A stretch of 64,000 nucleotides of DNA from Escherichia coli (lineage in GTDB: Bacteria > Pseudomonadota > Gammaproteobacteria > Enterobacterales > Enterobacteriaceae): assembly GCF_024700885.2 (NCBI RefSeq), contig NZ_CP117016.1. One strand, written 5' to 3'. Below are positions 10,542 to 22,103 of this stretch, piece by piece (position 1 is the stretch's first letter; every line of letters begins with the position of its first letter). The position numbers were made by a program, and so were the translations under genes. Under the pieces are notes generated by a model, which saw nothing but the letters and a program-made list of their open reading frames with translations, searched no databases and had not been told where the DNA came from.

Positions 10542-13500
10542 TTAATAATCTCCAGTAAAGCCTGCACAGGATGGCGTACCCCCGTGCCTTCGACCCGTTT
10601 TACCTGGCTACGGCAGGAATATCCGGTCGCCAGACAGCGATTACGCGGCAGTCGCTGCATCGCCTGATGCCAGGATAACTCATAGATCCCGAGCGAATTT
10701 TTATGGTTTTTCGCTTCATGTCCGTAAGTCCCTGCCATGCCGCAGCAACCCACGCTGACATTTTCCAGTTTCGCGCCAAAACGGGCAAATATCGCGGCCC
10801 ATTGTGCTGGCGCGCCCGGCAAAGCGGTAACTTCGGTACAGTGACCAAAGAAATACCATGGTTCACCGCTGACTGTAGCCACTGGCTGTGACTCAAGTGC
10901 GCTTGCCAGCCATTCATTCGCCAGTAAGACGTTAAACTCGCCGCGTTCCTCGCCCAGCGCCAGTTTATATTCATCGCGATAACAAAGTACCAGCGCCGGA
11001 TCGACGCCCACCATTGGCATCCCCAGCTTCGCCATACGGTTGAGGAAATCCGCCGTCTTTTTCGCCGTCTTCGCAAAACGATTAAGAAAGCCTTTGATAT
11101 GCTGGGCTTTGCCATTTGGCGAAAATGGCAGTAACACAGGCTGGAAACCTAATCTTTCGACCAGACGGACAAAATCCGCCACCACTTGCGCATCGTAATA
11201 GCTGGTAAAGGGGTCCTGCACCACCAACACCGTGCGCGCTTTCTGCTCTGCATTGAGAGCTTCAAGCTGTTCCAGCGTCATGTTTGCCGAGCGATGCCCC
11301 ACCATTTGTTGTTGCAGCGAGGGGACCGACAGCAGTGGCAAATCAACCATGCCGATATGTTTTTCCGAGAGTTTGCGCACCAGCGGCTGGTTAATGAAGA
11401 AGTTAAAGGTTTTCGGCGCGCGTGCCATCAGCGGCGCGTAGCTCTCGACCGTAGCGACGAGGTGGTCGCGCAGCGGGCGTAAATAACGGGTGTGATAGAG
11501 CTGCAGAAAACGAGAGCGAAACTCCGGCACATCAATTTTGATGGGGCACTGGGTCGAACACGCTTTACAGGCCAGACAGCCCGACATTGCCTCTTTGACT
11601 TCGTGTGAGAAGTCGTATTCGCCTTTATTCGCATGCCAGCTATTGCGCGTGCGAGCAATTAACGTCCGTAAACTGACGCCGGATTCAGGCAGTTCTTGTT
11701 CCAGTTTGAGTGGGTCAACGCCGCGATCCGCCAACAAGCGCAGCCATTCACGCACCAGCGTTGCGCGCCCTTTCGGTGAATGAATCCGGTTCTGGGTAAT
11801 CTTCATCGACGGACACATCGGACTACGGGCATCAAAGTTGAAGCATAAACCGTTGCCGTTACATTCCATCGCACCGCGCCACTGCTGGCGTACCGCAATG
11901 GGGATCTGCCGATCGAATGTACCGCGCTTCACCGCGTCCACTTTCATCATCGGCGCATCGAGACCTTCTGGCGGGCAAATCTTCCCTGGGTTGAGTCGGT
12001 TATGCGGGTCAAATGCCGCTTTCACTTTGCGCAGTTCTGCAAAAAGTTCCTCACCGAAAAACGCCGGGCTGTATTCAGCGCGAAAACCTTTGCCGTGCTC
12101 GCCCCACAACAAACCACCGTATTTCGCAGTCAGCGCCACCACGTCATCAGAGATTTGCTTCATCAAAATCTCTTGTTGCGGATCGCACATATCCAGCGCA
12201 GGACGGACGTGCAAGACACCTGCGTCGACGTGACCGAACATACCGTAGCTTAAGCCGTGGCTGTCGAGCAGCGCGCGAAATTCAGCAATATAATCCGCCA
12301 GGTGTTCCGGCGGTACGCAGGTATCCTCAGCAAACGGAATTGGCTTAGCGGCACCTTTGGCATTACCGAGCAGACCAACAGCTTTTTTGCGCATCGCATA
12401 AATACGCTCAACACCTGCCAGCTCACTGCATACCTGCCAGCCGATCACACCTGCTTGCTGACTGGCGATAAGTTCATCCAGCCGCGCACAGAGTGCATTT
12501 ACTCGCTCATCAATCAGCGTCTCATCATCACCAGCAAATTCCACAATGTTCAGCCCGAGCATCTCTTTGTCTGGCACATCGGTAATCAACTCGCTGACGG
12601 AATGCCAGACAATATCTTCCCGCGCCAGATTCAGCACTTTTGAGTCAACCGTCTCTACCGAAAGCGCTCGCGCCTCAACCATAAACGGCGCGTTACGCAG
12701 CGCAGAGTCAAAAGAGTCATATTTGACGTTCACCAGACGGCGCACTTTAGGCAAGGGCGTAATATCCAGCCGCGCTTCGGTAATAAAGGCCAGCGTCCCT
12801 TCTGAACCCGTCAGAATGCGCGTCAGGTCGAACTCGGTCATCTCATCGTTAAAGACATGACGCAGATCGTAACCGGTAAGAAAGCGGTTAAGTTTGGGGA
12901 AGTTGTCGATGATTAACTGGCGTTGCTGACGGCAACGTTGATAAACCGTGTTATAAATTCGCCCGATTGTGGTATTGGATTTACCCAGCGTTTCCGCCAG
13001 CTCGACGGGTAAAGGTTGCGTATCGAGAATATCGCCCCCCAACAACACCGCGCGTACGCCAAGTACGTGATCTGACGTTTTGCCATAGACCAGCGATCCC
13101 TGACCGGATGCATCGGTATTGATCATCCCACCGAGCGTTGCCCGGTTGCTGGTCGAAAGTTCCGGCGCAAAAAAGTAGCCGAACGGTTTCAGGTACTGAT
13201 TGAGTTGGTCTTTTATCACCCCGGCCTCAACGCGCACCCAGCCCTCTTCAGGGTTAATTTCGATGATGCGGTTCATATGGCGGGACATATCAACAATAAT
13301 TCCCTGGTTGAGCGCCTGACCGTTAGTGCCGGTGCCGCCGCCGCGGGGGGTAAAGATCAGCGATGAATAGCGTTCCTGCGCGGCAAGACGGGCGATCAGC
13401 GCCACATCTGCGGTTGAACGCGGAAATACCACCGCATCGGGGAGAAGTTGGTAAATACTGTTGTCGGTCGACATTGTCAGACGATCGGCATAACTTGTCG

Positions 13501-13594
13501 CCGTATCGCCGGTAAAACCTTGTTGCTCCAGCTCTTGCAAAAAATTAAGCACCAGTTGAACGACGCCGGGTGCCTGGGAAATCTGTGGAATCAT
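10538..13594 (-). CDS. ydiJ: FAD-linked oxidoreductase with Fe-S/Cys-rich C-terminal domain (YdiJ)
   Basis: 1018-aa ORF; N-terminal FAD-binding oxidase fold and CxxCxxC motifs; K-12 synteny. Confidence 0.85.
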   Translation of the reverse strand: MIPQISQAPGVVQLVLNFLQELEQQGFTGDTATSYADRLTMSTDNSIYQLLPDAVVFPRSTADVALIARLAAQERYSSLIFTPRGGGTGTNGQALNQGIIVDMSRHMNRIIEINPEEGWVRVEAGVIKDQLNQYLKPFGYFFAPELSTSNRATLGGMINTDASGQGSLVYGKTSDHVLGVRAVLLGGDILDTQPLPVELAETLGKSNTTIGRIYNTVYQRCRQQRQLIIDNFPKLNRFLTGYDLRHVFNDEMTEFDLTRILTGSEGTLAFITEARLDITPLPKVRRLVNVKYDSFDSALRNAPFMVEARALSVETVDSKVLNLAREDIVWHSVSELITDVPDKEMLGLNIVEFAGDDETLIDERVNALCARLDELIASQQAGVIGWQVCSELAGVERIYAMRKKAVGLLGNAKGAAKPIPFAEDTCVPPEHLADYIAEFRALLDSHGLSYGMFGHVDAGVLHVRPALDMCDPQQEILMKQISDDVVALTAKYGGLLWGEHGKGFRAEYSPAFFGEELFAELRKVKAAFDPHNRLNPGKICPPEGLDAPMMKVDAVKRGTFDRQIPIAVRQQWRGAMECNGNGLCFNFDARSPMCPSMKITQNRIHSPKGRATLVREWLRLLADRGVDPLKLEQELPESGVSLRTLIARTRNSWHANKGEYDFSHEVKEAMSGCLACKACSTQCPIKIDVPEFRSRFLQLYHTRYLRPLRDHLVATVESYAPLMARAPKTFNFFINQPLVRKLSEKHIGMVDLPLLSVPSLQQQMVGHRSANMTLEQLEALNAEQKARTVLVVQDPFTSYYDAQVVADFVRLVERLGFQPVLLPFSPNGKAQHIKGFLNRFAKTAKKTADFLNRMAKLGMPMVGVDPALVLCYRDEYKLALGEERGEFNVLLANEWLASALESQPVATVSGEPWYFFGHCTEVTALPGAPAQWAAIFARFGAKLENVSVGCCGMAGTYGHEAKNHKNSLGIYELSWHQAMQRLPRNRCLATGYSCRSQVKRVEGTGVRHPVQALLEIIK

Positions 13595-13982
13595 TATATT
13601 GACCCTTTCCTGCGGTCTGTGATGTAGGTCGATACACTATTCTTTCAGGCGGCTGCAATAGCGCACTGAAAGGTGATGTTTATTTACTCTATGGATTTCG
13701 TGTTGCAGGAAGGCGGCAAGCGAGTGAACTCCAGGAGCTTACAATAGTAAGTGACTGGGGTGAACGAACGTAGCCGCAGCACATGCAACTTGAAATACGA
13801 CGAGTAAATCGTTTGCGTGTTGCCTGAGTTGTTGTACCACATTTTTTTCTAACACGCCCATCAGAATTAAGGGCAGAATCGGCCTGTTAAAAACCGCTGA
13901 AATTGCTCATCATTATGCAGGTGAGTTTCGCGTGTTCACGTCGCGTCGACGATTTGACGCACAAAAAAGGTGAAAAGTAGTT

Positions 13983-15095
13983 ATGGTAAATGTTCGTCAG
14001 CCCAGGGATGTCGCACAAATTCTGCTTTCGGTGCTCTTTTTAGCCATCATGATTGTGGCATGTCTGTGGATTGTACAACCCTTTATTCTCGGCTTTGCAT
14101 GGGCTGGTACGGTGGTTATCGCCACCTGGCCGGTATTGTTACGTTTGCAAAAGATCATGTTTGGTCGCCGCTCTCTCGCCGTTCTGGTGATGACGCTGTT
14201 ATTAGTGATGGTGTTTATCATCCCTATTGCTTTGCTGGTTAACAGTATCGTCGACGGCAGCGGCCCGCTAATTAAAGCCATTTCCAGCGGTGACATGACG
14301 TTACCCGATCTGGCGTGGCTTAATACCATTCCGGTGATTGGCGCGAAGCTATATGCAGGCTGGCACAACTTGCTGGATATGGGGGGGACGGCGATCATGG
14401 CGAAAGTCCGCCCTTATATTGGCACCACCACCACCTGGTTCGTTGGGCAAGCGGCGCATATCGGGCGCTTTATGGTGCATTGTGCGCTGATGCTTCTCTT
14501 CAGTGCCCTGCTGTACTGGCGCGGTGAACAGGTGGCACAAGGCATTCGCCATTTTGCAACCCGTCTGGCAGGCGTTCGCGGTGATGCCGCCGTGCTGCTG
14601 GCGGCACAGGCTATCCGCGCGGTGGCGCTGGGTGTGGTGGTGACGGCGTTAGTACAGGCAGTGCTTGGCGGTATCGGCCTCGCCGTATCCGGCGTACCTT
14701 ATGCAACGTTGCTAACGGTGTTAATGATCCTCTCCTGCCTTGTCCAGCTTGGACCGTTGCCGGTACTGATTCCGGCGATTATCTGGCTCTACTGGACCGG
14801 CGATACCACCTGGGGAACGGTATTATTAGTGTGGAGCGGTGTGGTTGGCACGCTGGATAACGTCATCCGCCCAATGTTAATTCGCATGGGTGCCGATTTA
14901 CCGCTGATCCTGATCCTCTCTGGCGTTATTGGTGGTTTGATTGCTTTCGGGATGATCGGTCTGTTTATTGGTCCGGTTCTGTTAGCCGTTTCCTGGCGTC
15001 TTTTTGCCGCGTGGGTGGAAGAGGTCCCACCGCCGACTGACCAACCGGAAGAAGTTCTCGAAGAACTTGGCGAAATCGAGAAACCGAATAAGTAA
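13983..15095 (+). CDS. ydiK: AI-2E/PerM-family inner membrane transporter
   Basis: 370-aa multi-TM ORF; K-12 synteny. Confidence 0.85.
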   Translation: MVNVRQPRDVAQILLSVLFLAIMIVACLWIVQPFILGFAWAGTVVIATWPVLLRLQKIMFGRRSLAVLVMTLLLVMVFIIPIALLVNSIVDGSGPLIKAISSGDMTLPDLAWLNTIPVIGAKLYAGWHNLLDMGGTAIMAKVRPYIGTTTTWFVGQAAHIGRFMVHCALMLLFSALLYWRGEQVAQGIRHFATRLAGVRGDAAVLLAAQAIRAVALGVVVTALVQAVLGGIGLAVSGVPYATLLTVLMILSCLVQLGPLPVLIPAIIWLYWTGDTTWGTVLLVWSGVVGTLDNVIRPMLIRMGADLPLILILSGVIGGLIAFGMIGLFIGPVLLAVSWRLFAAWVEEVPPPTDQPEEVLEELGEIEKPNK

Positions 15096-15103
15096 TTTCT
15101 CTT

Positions 15104-15128
15104 CAGGCGGCTCTGCCGCCTGATTGTT
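15104..15128 (+). terminator. terminator hairpin after ydiK
   Basis: CAGGCGGC-TCT-GCCGCCTG hairpin followed by a U-rich tract. Confidence 0.5.
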
Positions 15129-15280
15129 AACCCCTGCTAATTGATATTTGCTTGCTCTTCCCCATATTTTCCTGCTTACCGCCATTCAGCTGGTAGTACC
15201 TGTCGCAAATTCTTTACAGTTTTTAAACTAATGAGACGAATCTGATCGACGCAAAAAGTCCGTATGCCTACTATTAGCTC

Positions 15281-15386
15281 ACGGTTATAAATCAACATAT
15301 TGATTTATAAGCATGGAAATCCCCTGAGTGAAACAACGAATTGCTGTGTGTAGTCTTTGCCCATCTCCCACGATGGGCTTTTTTTT
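15281..15386 (+). ncRNA. rprA: RprA small regulatory RNA (activator of rpoS translation)
   Basis: Matches the recalled RprA sequence ACGGUUAUAAAUCAACAUAUUGAUUUAUAAGCAUGGAAAUCCCCUGAGUGAAACAACGAAUUGCUGUGUGUAGUCUUUGCCCAUCUCCCACGAUGGGCUUUUUUU, including its terminator; lies between ydiK and ydiL as in K-12. Confidence 0.9.
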
Positions 15387-15523
15387 AACATTTTTCCGCT
15401 TCGCTACCTCGCCCCTCACGCTTTCCAATAATGTTGCACAAGATACTGTGACTCTCTTCAAGCCGTCAGCAGGCTGATAATGTTATTTATATTTTATTGT
15501 TTATTTCATGCAGCCATTACACG

Positions 15524-15880
15524 ATGAACGCTTATGAACTCCAGGCTCTTCGCCATATTTTTGCCATGACTATTGATGAATGCGCGACCTGGATTGCCCA
15601 GACCGATGACAGTGAAAGCTGGCGTCAATGGGAAAATGGCAAATGCGCCATTCCTGATTATGTAGTCGAGCAACTGTTGGCTATGCGTCAGCAACGAAAA
15701 AAACATCTTCATGCCATCATAGAGAAAATAAATAACCGCATCGGCAACAACACCATGCGTTTTTTCCCCGACTTAACCGCGTTTCAACAAGTCTACCCTG
15801 ATGGCAATTTTATTGACTGGAAGATCTATCAATCGGTAGCCGCTGAATTATATGCACACGATCTGGAGCGCCTTTGTTAA
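15524..15880 (+). CDS. ydiL: uncharacterised protein YdiL
   Basis: 118-aa product from MNAYELQALRH; K-12 synteny. Confidence 0.75.
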   Translation: MNAYELQALRHIFAMTIDECATWIAQTDDSESWRQWENGKCAIPDYVVEQLLAMRQQRKKHLHAIIEKINNRIGNNTMRFFPDLTAFQQVYPDGNFIDWKIYQSVAAELYAHDLERLC

Positions 15881-15978
15881 TTTTCCAAAGAAAGGAATTG
15901 TCGTTGTTACAACAATAATGAACGGATGCTGACACAACATCGCTTCACTTTTTAAAGCACCTTTGCTAAGTAGAACCT

Positions 15979-17193
15979 ATGAAAAATCCCTATTACCCTA
16001 CCGCACTGGGGTTGTATTTTAATTACCTGGTGCATGGTATGGGCGTCATTTTGATGAGCCTGAATATGGCCTCGCTGGAGACGCTTTGGCAGACTAATGC
16101 CGCGGGCGTCTCGATAGTTATCTCATCACTGGGCATTGGTCGATTAAGTGTCTTGCTTTTTGCAGGATTATTATCCGATCGCTTTGGTCGCCGCCCTTTT
16201 ATCATGCTCGGGATGTGCTGCTATATGGCCTTCTTTTTTGGCATCCTGCACACCAATAACATCATTATCGCTTATGTTTTTGGCTTTCTGGCGGGAATGG
16301 CAAACAGTTTTCTCGATGCAGGCACCTATCCCAGTTTGATGGAAGCTTTTCCACGCTCACCGGGTACAGCCAATATTTTAATTAAAGCATTTGTTTCCAG
16401 CGGGCAATTTTTATTACCGCTAATCATTAGCCTGTTAGTGTGGGCTGAACTGTGGTTCGGTTGGTCCTTTATGATTGCCGCAGGCATTATGTTTATTAAC
16501 GCTCTGTTTTTATACCGTTGTACGTTCCCACCCCATCCGGGTCGTCGCTTACCTGTCATAAAGAAAACCACCAGCTCTACGGAACATCGCTGTTCAATTA
16601 TCGATTTAGCCAGTTATACCTTATATGGCTATATCTCAATGGCAACGTTTTATCTGGTTAGCCAGTGGCTGGCACAGTACGGACAATTTGTTGCAGGCAT
16701 GTCATACACTATGTCGATCAAACTACTTAGTATCTACACCGTGGGTTCGCTGCTTTGTGTATTTATTACCGCTCCACTCATTCGTAATACCGTTCGCCCA
16801 ACAACATTACTGATGCTGTACACCTTTATCTCATTTATTGCTCTGTTTACCGTCTGCCTGCATCCCACATTTTATGTGGTGATAATATTTGCTTTTGTCA
16901 TTGGTTTTACCTCTGCTGGAGGTGTTGTGCAAATTGGCCTGACGTTAATGGCTGAACGTTTCCCCTATGCTAAAGGTAAAGCTACAGGGATCTATTACAG
17001 TGCGGGCAGTATTGCAACATTTACCATTCCGTTGATTACGGCTCATCTGTCCCAAAGAAGTATTGCCGATATTATGTGGTTCGATACCGCCATCGCTGCC
17101 ATCGGCTTTTTACTGGCACTGTTTATCGGCTTACGCAGCCGCAAAGAAACGCAGCATCACTCGCTAAAGGAAAATGTCGCTCCGGGTGGGTAA
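15979..17193 (+). CDS. ydiM: MFS transporter YdiM
   Basis: 404-aa 12-TM-type ORF with the GRLSDRFGRR MFS motif. Confidence 0.85.
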   Translation: MKNPYYPTALGLYFNYLVHGMGVILMSLNMASLETLWQTNAAGVSIVISSLGIGRLSVLLFAGLLSDRFGRRPFIMLGMCCYMAFFFGILHTNNIIIAYVFGFLAGMANSFLDAGTYPSLMEAFPRSPGTANILIKAFVSSGQFLLPLIISLLVWAELWFGWSFMIAAGIMFINALFLYRCTFPPHPGRRLPVIKKTTSSTEHRCSIIDLASYTLYGYISMATFYLVSQWLAQYGQFVAGMSYTMSIKLLSIYTVGSLLCVFITAPLIRNTVRPTTLLMLYTFISFIALFTVCLHPTFYVVIIFAFVIGFTSAGGVVQIGLTLMAERFPYAKGKATGIYYSAGSIATFTIPLITAHLSQRSIADIMWFDTAIAAIGFLLALFIGLRSRKETQHHSLKENVAPGG

Positions 17194-17419
17194 TGCAATA
17201 TTATTTTCAGGTCATGCAAGATCTTACGGATAAATAACTCTTTCTGCGCTAACTAAGGAAAATCGCGATCAAAAACAAACTATGACATGCAATATTCCTG
17301 GAAACATAAACTTTATGCCATGTACCCAGGGAAAATCATCTTCAGTATAGTAATTATGTAAACCGTCGGAGAACAATACGTACGGTAACGAAATTATCTT
17401 TCAGCAAGGAGCTGTGAAA

Positions 17420-18685
17420 ATGTCTCAAAATAAGGCTTTCAGCACGCCATTTATCCTGGCTGTTCTTTGTATTTACTTCAGCTATTTCCTGCACGGCATT
17501 AGTGTTATTACGCTTGCCCAAAATATGTCATCTCTGGCAGAAAAGTTTTCCACTGACAACGCGGGCATTGCCTATTTAATTTCCGGTATCGGTTTGGGGC
17601 GATTGATCAGTATTTTATTCTTCGGTGTGATCTCCGATAAGTTTGGTCGTCGGGCGGTAATATTAATGGCAGTAATAATGTATCTGCTATTCTTCTTTGG
17701 TATCCCTGCTTGCCCGAATTTAACTCTCGCCTACTGTCTGGCAGTGTGCGTAGGTATCGCTAACTCAGCGCTGGATACGGGTGGCTACCCCGCGCTCATG
17801 GAATGCTTTCCGAAAGCCTCTGGTTCGGCGGTCATACTGGTTAAAGCGATGGTGTCATTCGGGCAAATGTTCTACCCAATGCTGGTGAGCTATATGTTGC
17901 TCAATAACATCTGGTACGGCTATGGGCTGATTATTCCGGGTATTCTGTTTGTACTGATCACACTGATGCTGTTGAAAAGCAAATTCCCCAGCCAGTTGGT
18001 GGACGCCAGCGTAGCTCATGAATTACCACAAATGAACAGCAAACCATTAGTCTGGCTGGAGGGTGTTTCATCGGTAATGTTCGGTGTAGCTGCATTCTCG
18101 ACCTTTTATGTGATTGTGGTGTGGATGCCCAAATATGCGATGGCTTTTGCTGGTATGTCAGAAGCGGAGGCATTAAAAACCATCTCTTATTACAGTATGG
18201 GCTCATTAGTCTGTGTCTTTATTTTTGCCGCACTACTGAAAAAAATGGTCCGGCCCATCTGGGCTAATGTATTTAACTCTGCACTGGCAACAATAACAAC
18301 TGCCATTATCTACCTGTACCCTTCTCCACTGGTGTGCAATGCCGGAGCCTTTGTTATCGGTTTCTCAGCGGCTGGCGGCATTTTACAGCTCGGCGTTTCG
18401 GTCATGTCAGAGTTTTTTCCCAAAAGCAAAGCCAAAGTCACCAGTATTTATATGATGATGGGTGGACTGGCTAACTTTGTTATTCCGCTGATTACCGGTT
18501 ATCTGTCGAACATCGGCCTGCAATATATCATTGTTCTCGATTTTACTTTCGCGCTGCTGGCCCTGATTACCGCAATTATTGTCTTTATCCGCTATTACCG
18601 CGTTTTCATTATTCCTGAAAATGATGTGCGGTTTGGCGAGCGTAAATTTAGCACCCGGTTAAACACAATTAAGCATAGAGGTTAA
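17420..18685 (+). CDS. ydiN: MFS transporter YdiN
   Basis: About 421-aa ORF, paralogous to ydiM ([10 protein letters not shown]); start chosen at the ATG 9 nt after the AAGGA ribosome-binding site. Confidence 0.82.
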   Translation: MSQNKAFSTPFILAVLCIYFSYFLHGISVITLAQNMSSLAEKFSTDNAGIAYLISGIGLGRLISILFFGVISDKFGRRAVILMAVIMYLLFFFGIPACPNLTLAYCLAVCVGIANSALDTGGYPALMECFPKASGSAVILVKAMVSFGQMFYPMLVSYMLLNNIWYGYGLIIPGILFVLITLMLLKSKFPSQLVDASVAHELPQMNSKPLVWLEGVSSVMFGVAAFSTFYVIVVWMPKYAMAFAGMSEAEALKTISYYSMGSLVCVFIFAALLKKMVRPIWANVFNSALATITTAIIYLYPSPLVCNAGAFVIGFSAAGGILQLGVSVMSEFFPKSKAKVTSIYMMMGGLANFVIPLITGYLSNIGLQYIIVLDFTFALLALITAIIVFIRYYRVFIIPENDVRFGERKFSTRLNTIKHRG

Positions 18686-18696
18686 AGGAGTTAATT

Positions 18697-19563
18697 ATGG
18701 ATGTTACCGCAAAATACGAATTGATTGGGTTGATGGCCTATCCTATCCGCCACAGTTTATCGCCCGAAATGCAGAATAAAGCCTTAGAAAAAGCGGGATT
18801 GCCATTTACCTATATGGCCTTCGAAGTGGATAACGATAGCTTTCCCGGAGCAATTGAAGGATTAAAAGCCCTCAAAATGCGCGGAACTGGTGTATCGATG
18901 CCGAACAAACAACTGGCGTGTGAATATGTAGATGAATTAACACCAGCTGCCAAACTGGTGGGTGCCATCAACACCATCGTTAATGATGATGGCTATCTGC
19001 GTGGCTATAACACCGACGGCACGGGGCATATTCGCGCCATTAAAGAGAGCGGTTTTGATATCAAAGGCAAAACGATGGTGCTGTTAGGGGCCGGTGGTGC
19101 CTCAACGGCGATTGGCGCGCAGGGGGCAATTGAAGGTTTAAAAGAAATTAAACTCTTTAACCGTCGGGATGAGTTCTTCGATAAAGCCCTCGCCTTCGCG
19201 CAGCGGGTTAACGAAAACACCGATTGCGTCGTCACGGTCACCGATCTCGCCGATCAGCAAGCCTTTGCTGAAGCCCTGGCTTCCGCCGACATTTTAACCA
19301 ATGGCACAAAAGTGGGTATGAAACCCCTTGAGAATGAGTCATTGGTTAATGATATCAGTCTGTTACATCCTGGACTTCTGGTCACTGAATGCGTGTATAA
19401 CCCGCATATGACGAAGTTATTGCAGCAGGCGCAACAAGCTGGTTGCAAAACGATTGATGGATACGGCATGTTGTTGTGGCAAGGGGCTGAACAGTTCACG
19501 TTATGGACTGGCAAAGATTTCCCTCTGGTATATGTTAAACAGGTCATGGGGTTCGGTGCCTGA
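18697..19563 (+). CDS. ydiB: quinate/shikimate dehydrogenase
   Basis: 288-aa ORF; AroE-family fold with NAD-binding GAGGA motif. Confidence 0.88.
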   Translation: MDVTAKYELIGLMAYPIRHSLSPEMQNKALEKAGLPFTYMAFEVDNDSFPGAIEGLKALKMRGTGVSMPNKQLACEYVDELTPAAKLVGAINTIVNDDGYLRGYNTDGTGHIRAIKESGFDIKGKTMVLLGAGGASTAIGAQGAIEGLKEIKLFNRRDEFFDKALAFAQRVNENTDCVVTVTDLADQQAFAEALASADILTNGTKVGMKPLENESLVNDISLLHPGLLVTECVYNPHMTKLLQQAQQAGCKTIDGYGMLLWQGAEQFTLWTGKDFPLVYVKQVMGFGA

Positions 19564-19593
19564 CAGGCTGACCGCGTGCAGAAAGGGTAAAAA

Positions 19594-20352
19594 ATGAAAA
19601 CCGTAACTGTAAAAGATCTCGTCATTGGTACGGGCGCACCTAAAATCATCGTCTCGCTGATGGCAAAAGATATCGCCAGCGTAAAATCCGAAGCTCTCGC
19701 CTATCGTGAAGCGGACTTTGATATTCTGGAATGGCGTGTGGACCACTATGCCGACCTCTCCAATGTGGAGTCTGTCATGGCGGCGGCAAAAATTCTCCGT
19801 GAGACCATGCCAGAAAAACCGCTGCTGTTTACCTTCCGCAGTGCCAAAGAAGGCGGCGAGCAGGCGATTTCCACCGAGGCTTATATTGCACTCAATCGTG
19901 CAGCCATCGACAGCGGCCTGGTTGATATGATCGATCTGGAGTTATTTACCGGCGATGATCAGGTTAAAGAAACCGTCGCCTACGCCCACGCGCATGATGT
20001 GAAAGTTGTCATGTCCAACCATGACTTCCATAAAACGCCGGAAGCCGAAGAAATCATTGCCCGTCTGCGCAAAATGCAGTCCTTCGACGCCGATATTCCT
20101 AAGATTGCGCTGATGCCGCAAAGTACCAGCGATGTGCTGACGTTGCTTGCCGCGACCCTGGAGATGCAGGAGCAGTATGCCGATCGTCCAATTATCACGA
20201 TGTCGATGGCAAAAACTGGCGTAATTTCTCGTCTGGCTGGTGAAGTATTTGGCTCGGCGGCAACTTTTGGTGCGGTAAAAAAAGCGTCTGCGCCAGGGCA
20301 AATCTCGGTAAATGATTTGCGCACGGTATTAACTATTTTACACCAGGCATAA
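19594..20352 (+). CDS. aroD: 3-dehydroquinate dehydratase type I
   Basis: 252-aa ORF; matches AroD by recall. Confidence 0.9.
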   Translation: MKTVTVKDLVIGTGAPKIIVSLMAKDIASVKSEALAYREADFDILEWRVDHYADLSNVESVMAAAKILRETMPEKPLLFTFRSAKEGGEQAISTEAYIALNRAAIDSGLVDMIDLELFTGDDQVKETVAYAHAHDVKVVMSNHDFHKTPEAEEIIARLRKMQSFDADIPKIALMPQSTSDVLTLLAATLEMQEQYADRPIITMSMAKTGVISRLAGEVFGSAATFGAVKKASAPGQISVNDLRTVLTILHQA

Positions 20353-20494
20353 GCAATAATATTTCGGCGGGAACACCCTCCCCGCCGAACTAAAAAATAT
20401 ATTCAACCGTATTTAATAAAAATATTTCGTGAGTCTCTGTGCGCTAATTCTCCATTTGGCGTAGGGAAAATTACATCTGAATCAGGAATTAACA

Positions 20495-22090
20495 ATGAAA
20501 CCTGTAAAACCACCTCGTATTAATGGACGAGTGCCGGTCCTGTCGGCACAGGAAGCGGTGAATTATATTCCCGACGAAGCAACACTTTGTGTGTTAGGCG
20601 CTGGCGGCGGTATTCTGGAAGCCACCACGTTAATTACTGCTCTTGCTGATAAATATAAACAGACTCAAACGCCACGTAATTTATCGATTATTAGTCCAAC
20701 AGGGCTTGGCGATCGCGCCGACCGCGGTATTAGTCCGCTGGCGCAAGAAGGTCTGGTGAAATGGGCATTATGCGGGCACTGGGGACAATCGCCGCGTATT
20801 TCTGATCTCGCAGAACAAAATAAAATTATTGCTTATAACTATCCACAAGGTGTACTTACACAAACCTTACGCGCCGCCGCAGCCCACCAGCCTGGTATTA
20901 TTAGTGATATTGGTATCGGAACATTTGTCGATCCACGCCAGCAAGGCGGCAAACTGAATGAAGTCACTAAAGAAGACCTGATTAAACTGGTCGAGTTTGA
21001 TAACAAAGAATATCTCTATTACAAAGCGATTGCGCCAGATATCGCCTTCATTCGCGCTACCACCTGCGACAGCGAAGGCTACGCCACTTTTGAAGATGAG
21101 GTGATGTATCTCGACGCATTGGTTATTGCCCAGGCGGTGCACAATAACGGCGGTATTGTGATGATGCAGGTGCAGAAAATGGTTAAGAAAGCCACGCTGC
21201 ATCCTAAATCTGTCCGTATTCCGGGTTATCTGGTGGATATTGTGGTAGTCGATCCGGATCAAACCCAACTGTACGGCGGTGCGCCGGTTAACCGCTTTAT
21301 TTCCGGCGACTTTACCCTTGATGACAGCACCAAACTTAGCCTGCCCCTAAACCAACGTAAATTAGTTGCGCGGCGCGCATTATTCGAAATGCGCAAAGGC
21401 GCGGTGGGGAATGTCGGTGTCGGTATTGCTGACGGCATTGGCCTGGTCGCCCGGGAAGAAGGTTGTGCTGATGACTTTATTCTGACGGTAGAAACAGGTC
21501 CGATTGGCGGTATTACTTCACAGGGGATCGCCTTTGGCGCGAACGTGAATACCCGCGCCATTCTGGATATGACGTCCCAGTTTGATTTTTATCACGGTGG
21601 TGGTCTGGATGTTTGTTATTTGAGTTTTGCTGAAGTCGACCAGCACGGTAACGTCGGCGTGCATAAATTCAATGGTAAAATCATGGGCACCGGTGGATTT
21701 ATTGATATCAGTGCCACTTCGAAGAAAATCATTTTCTGCGGCACATTAACCGCGGGCAGTTTAAAAACAGAAATTACCGACGGCAAATTAAATATCGTCC
21801 AGGAAGGACGGGTGAAGAAATTTATTCGGGAACTACCGGAAATAACTTTCAGCGGAAAAATCGCTCTCGAGCGAGGGCTGGATGTTCGTTATATCACTGA
21901 GCGCGCCGTATTCACGCTAAAAGAAGACGGCCTGCATTTAATCGAAATCGCTCCTGGCGTCGATTTACAAAAAGATATTCTCGACAAAATGGATTTCACC
22001 CCAGTGATTTCGCCAGAACTCAAACTGATGGACGAAAGATTATTTATCGATGCGGCGATGGGTTTTGTCCTGCCTGAAGCGGCTCATTAA
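20495..22090 (+). CDS. ydiF: acetate/short-chain acyl-CoA:CoA-transferase (fused alpha/beta)
   Basis: 531-aa ORF; K-12 synteny. Confidence 0.85.
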   Translation: MKPVKPPRINGRVPVLSAQEAVNYIPDEATLCVLGAGGGILEATTLITALADKYKQTQTPRNLSIISPTGLGDRADRGISPLAQEGLVKWALCGHWGQSPRISDLAEQNKIIAYNYPQGVLTQTLRAAAAHQPGIISDIGIGTFVDPRQQGGKLNEVTKEDLIKLVEFDNKEYLYYKAIAPDIAFIRATTCDSEGYATFEDEVMYLDALVIAQAVHNNGGIVMMQVQKMVKKATLHPKSVRIPGYLVDIVVVDPDQTQLYGGAPVNRFISGDFTLDDSTKLSLPLNQRKLVARRALFEMRKGAVGNVGVGIADGIGLVAREEGCADDFILTVETGPIGGITSQGIAFGANVNTRAILDMTSQFDFYHGGGLDVCYLSFAEVDQHGNVGVHKFNGKIMGTGGFIDISATSKKIIFCGTLTAGSLKTEITDGKLNIVQEGRVKKFIRELPEITFSGKIALERGLDVRYITERAVFTLKEDGLHLIEIAPGVDLQKDILDKMDFTPVISPELKLMDERLFIDAAMGFVLPEAAH

Positions 22091-22103
22091 CAGGAGTATA
22101 ATG

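Noticed and set aside
10600-12860. Multiple 60-170-aa ORFs on both strands within ydiJ
   Set aside because: All overlap the 1018-aa ydiJ reading frame, which has coherent domain content; no independent signals.
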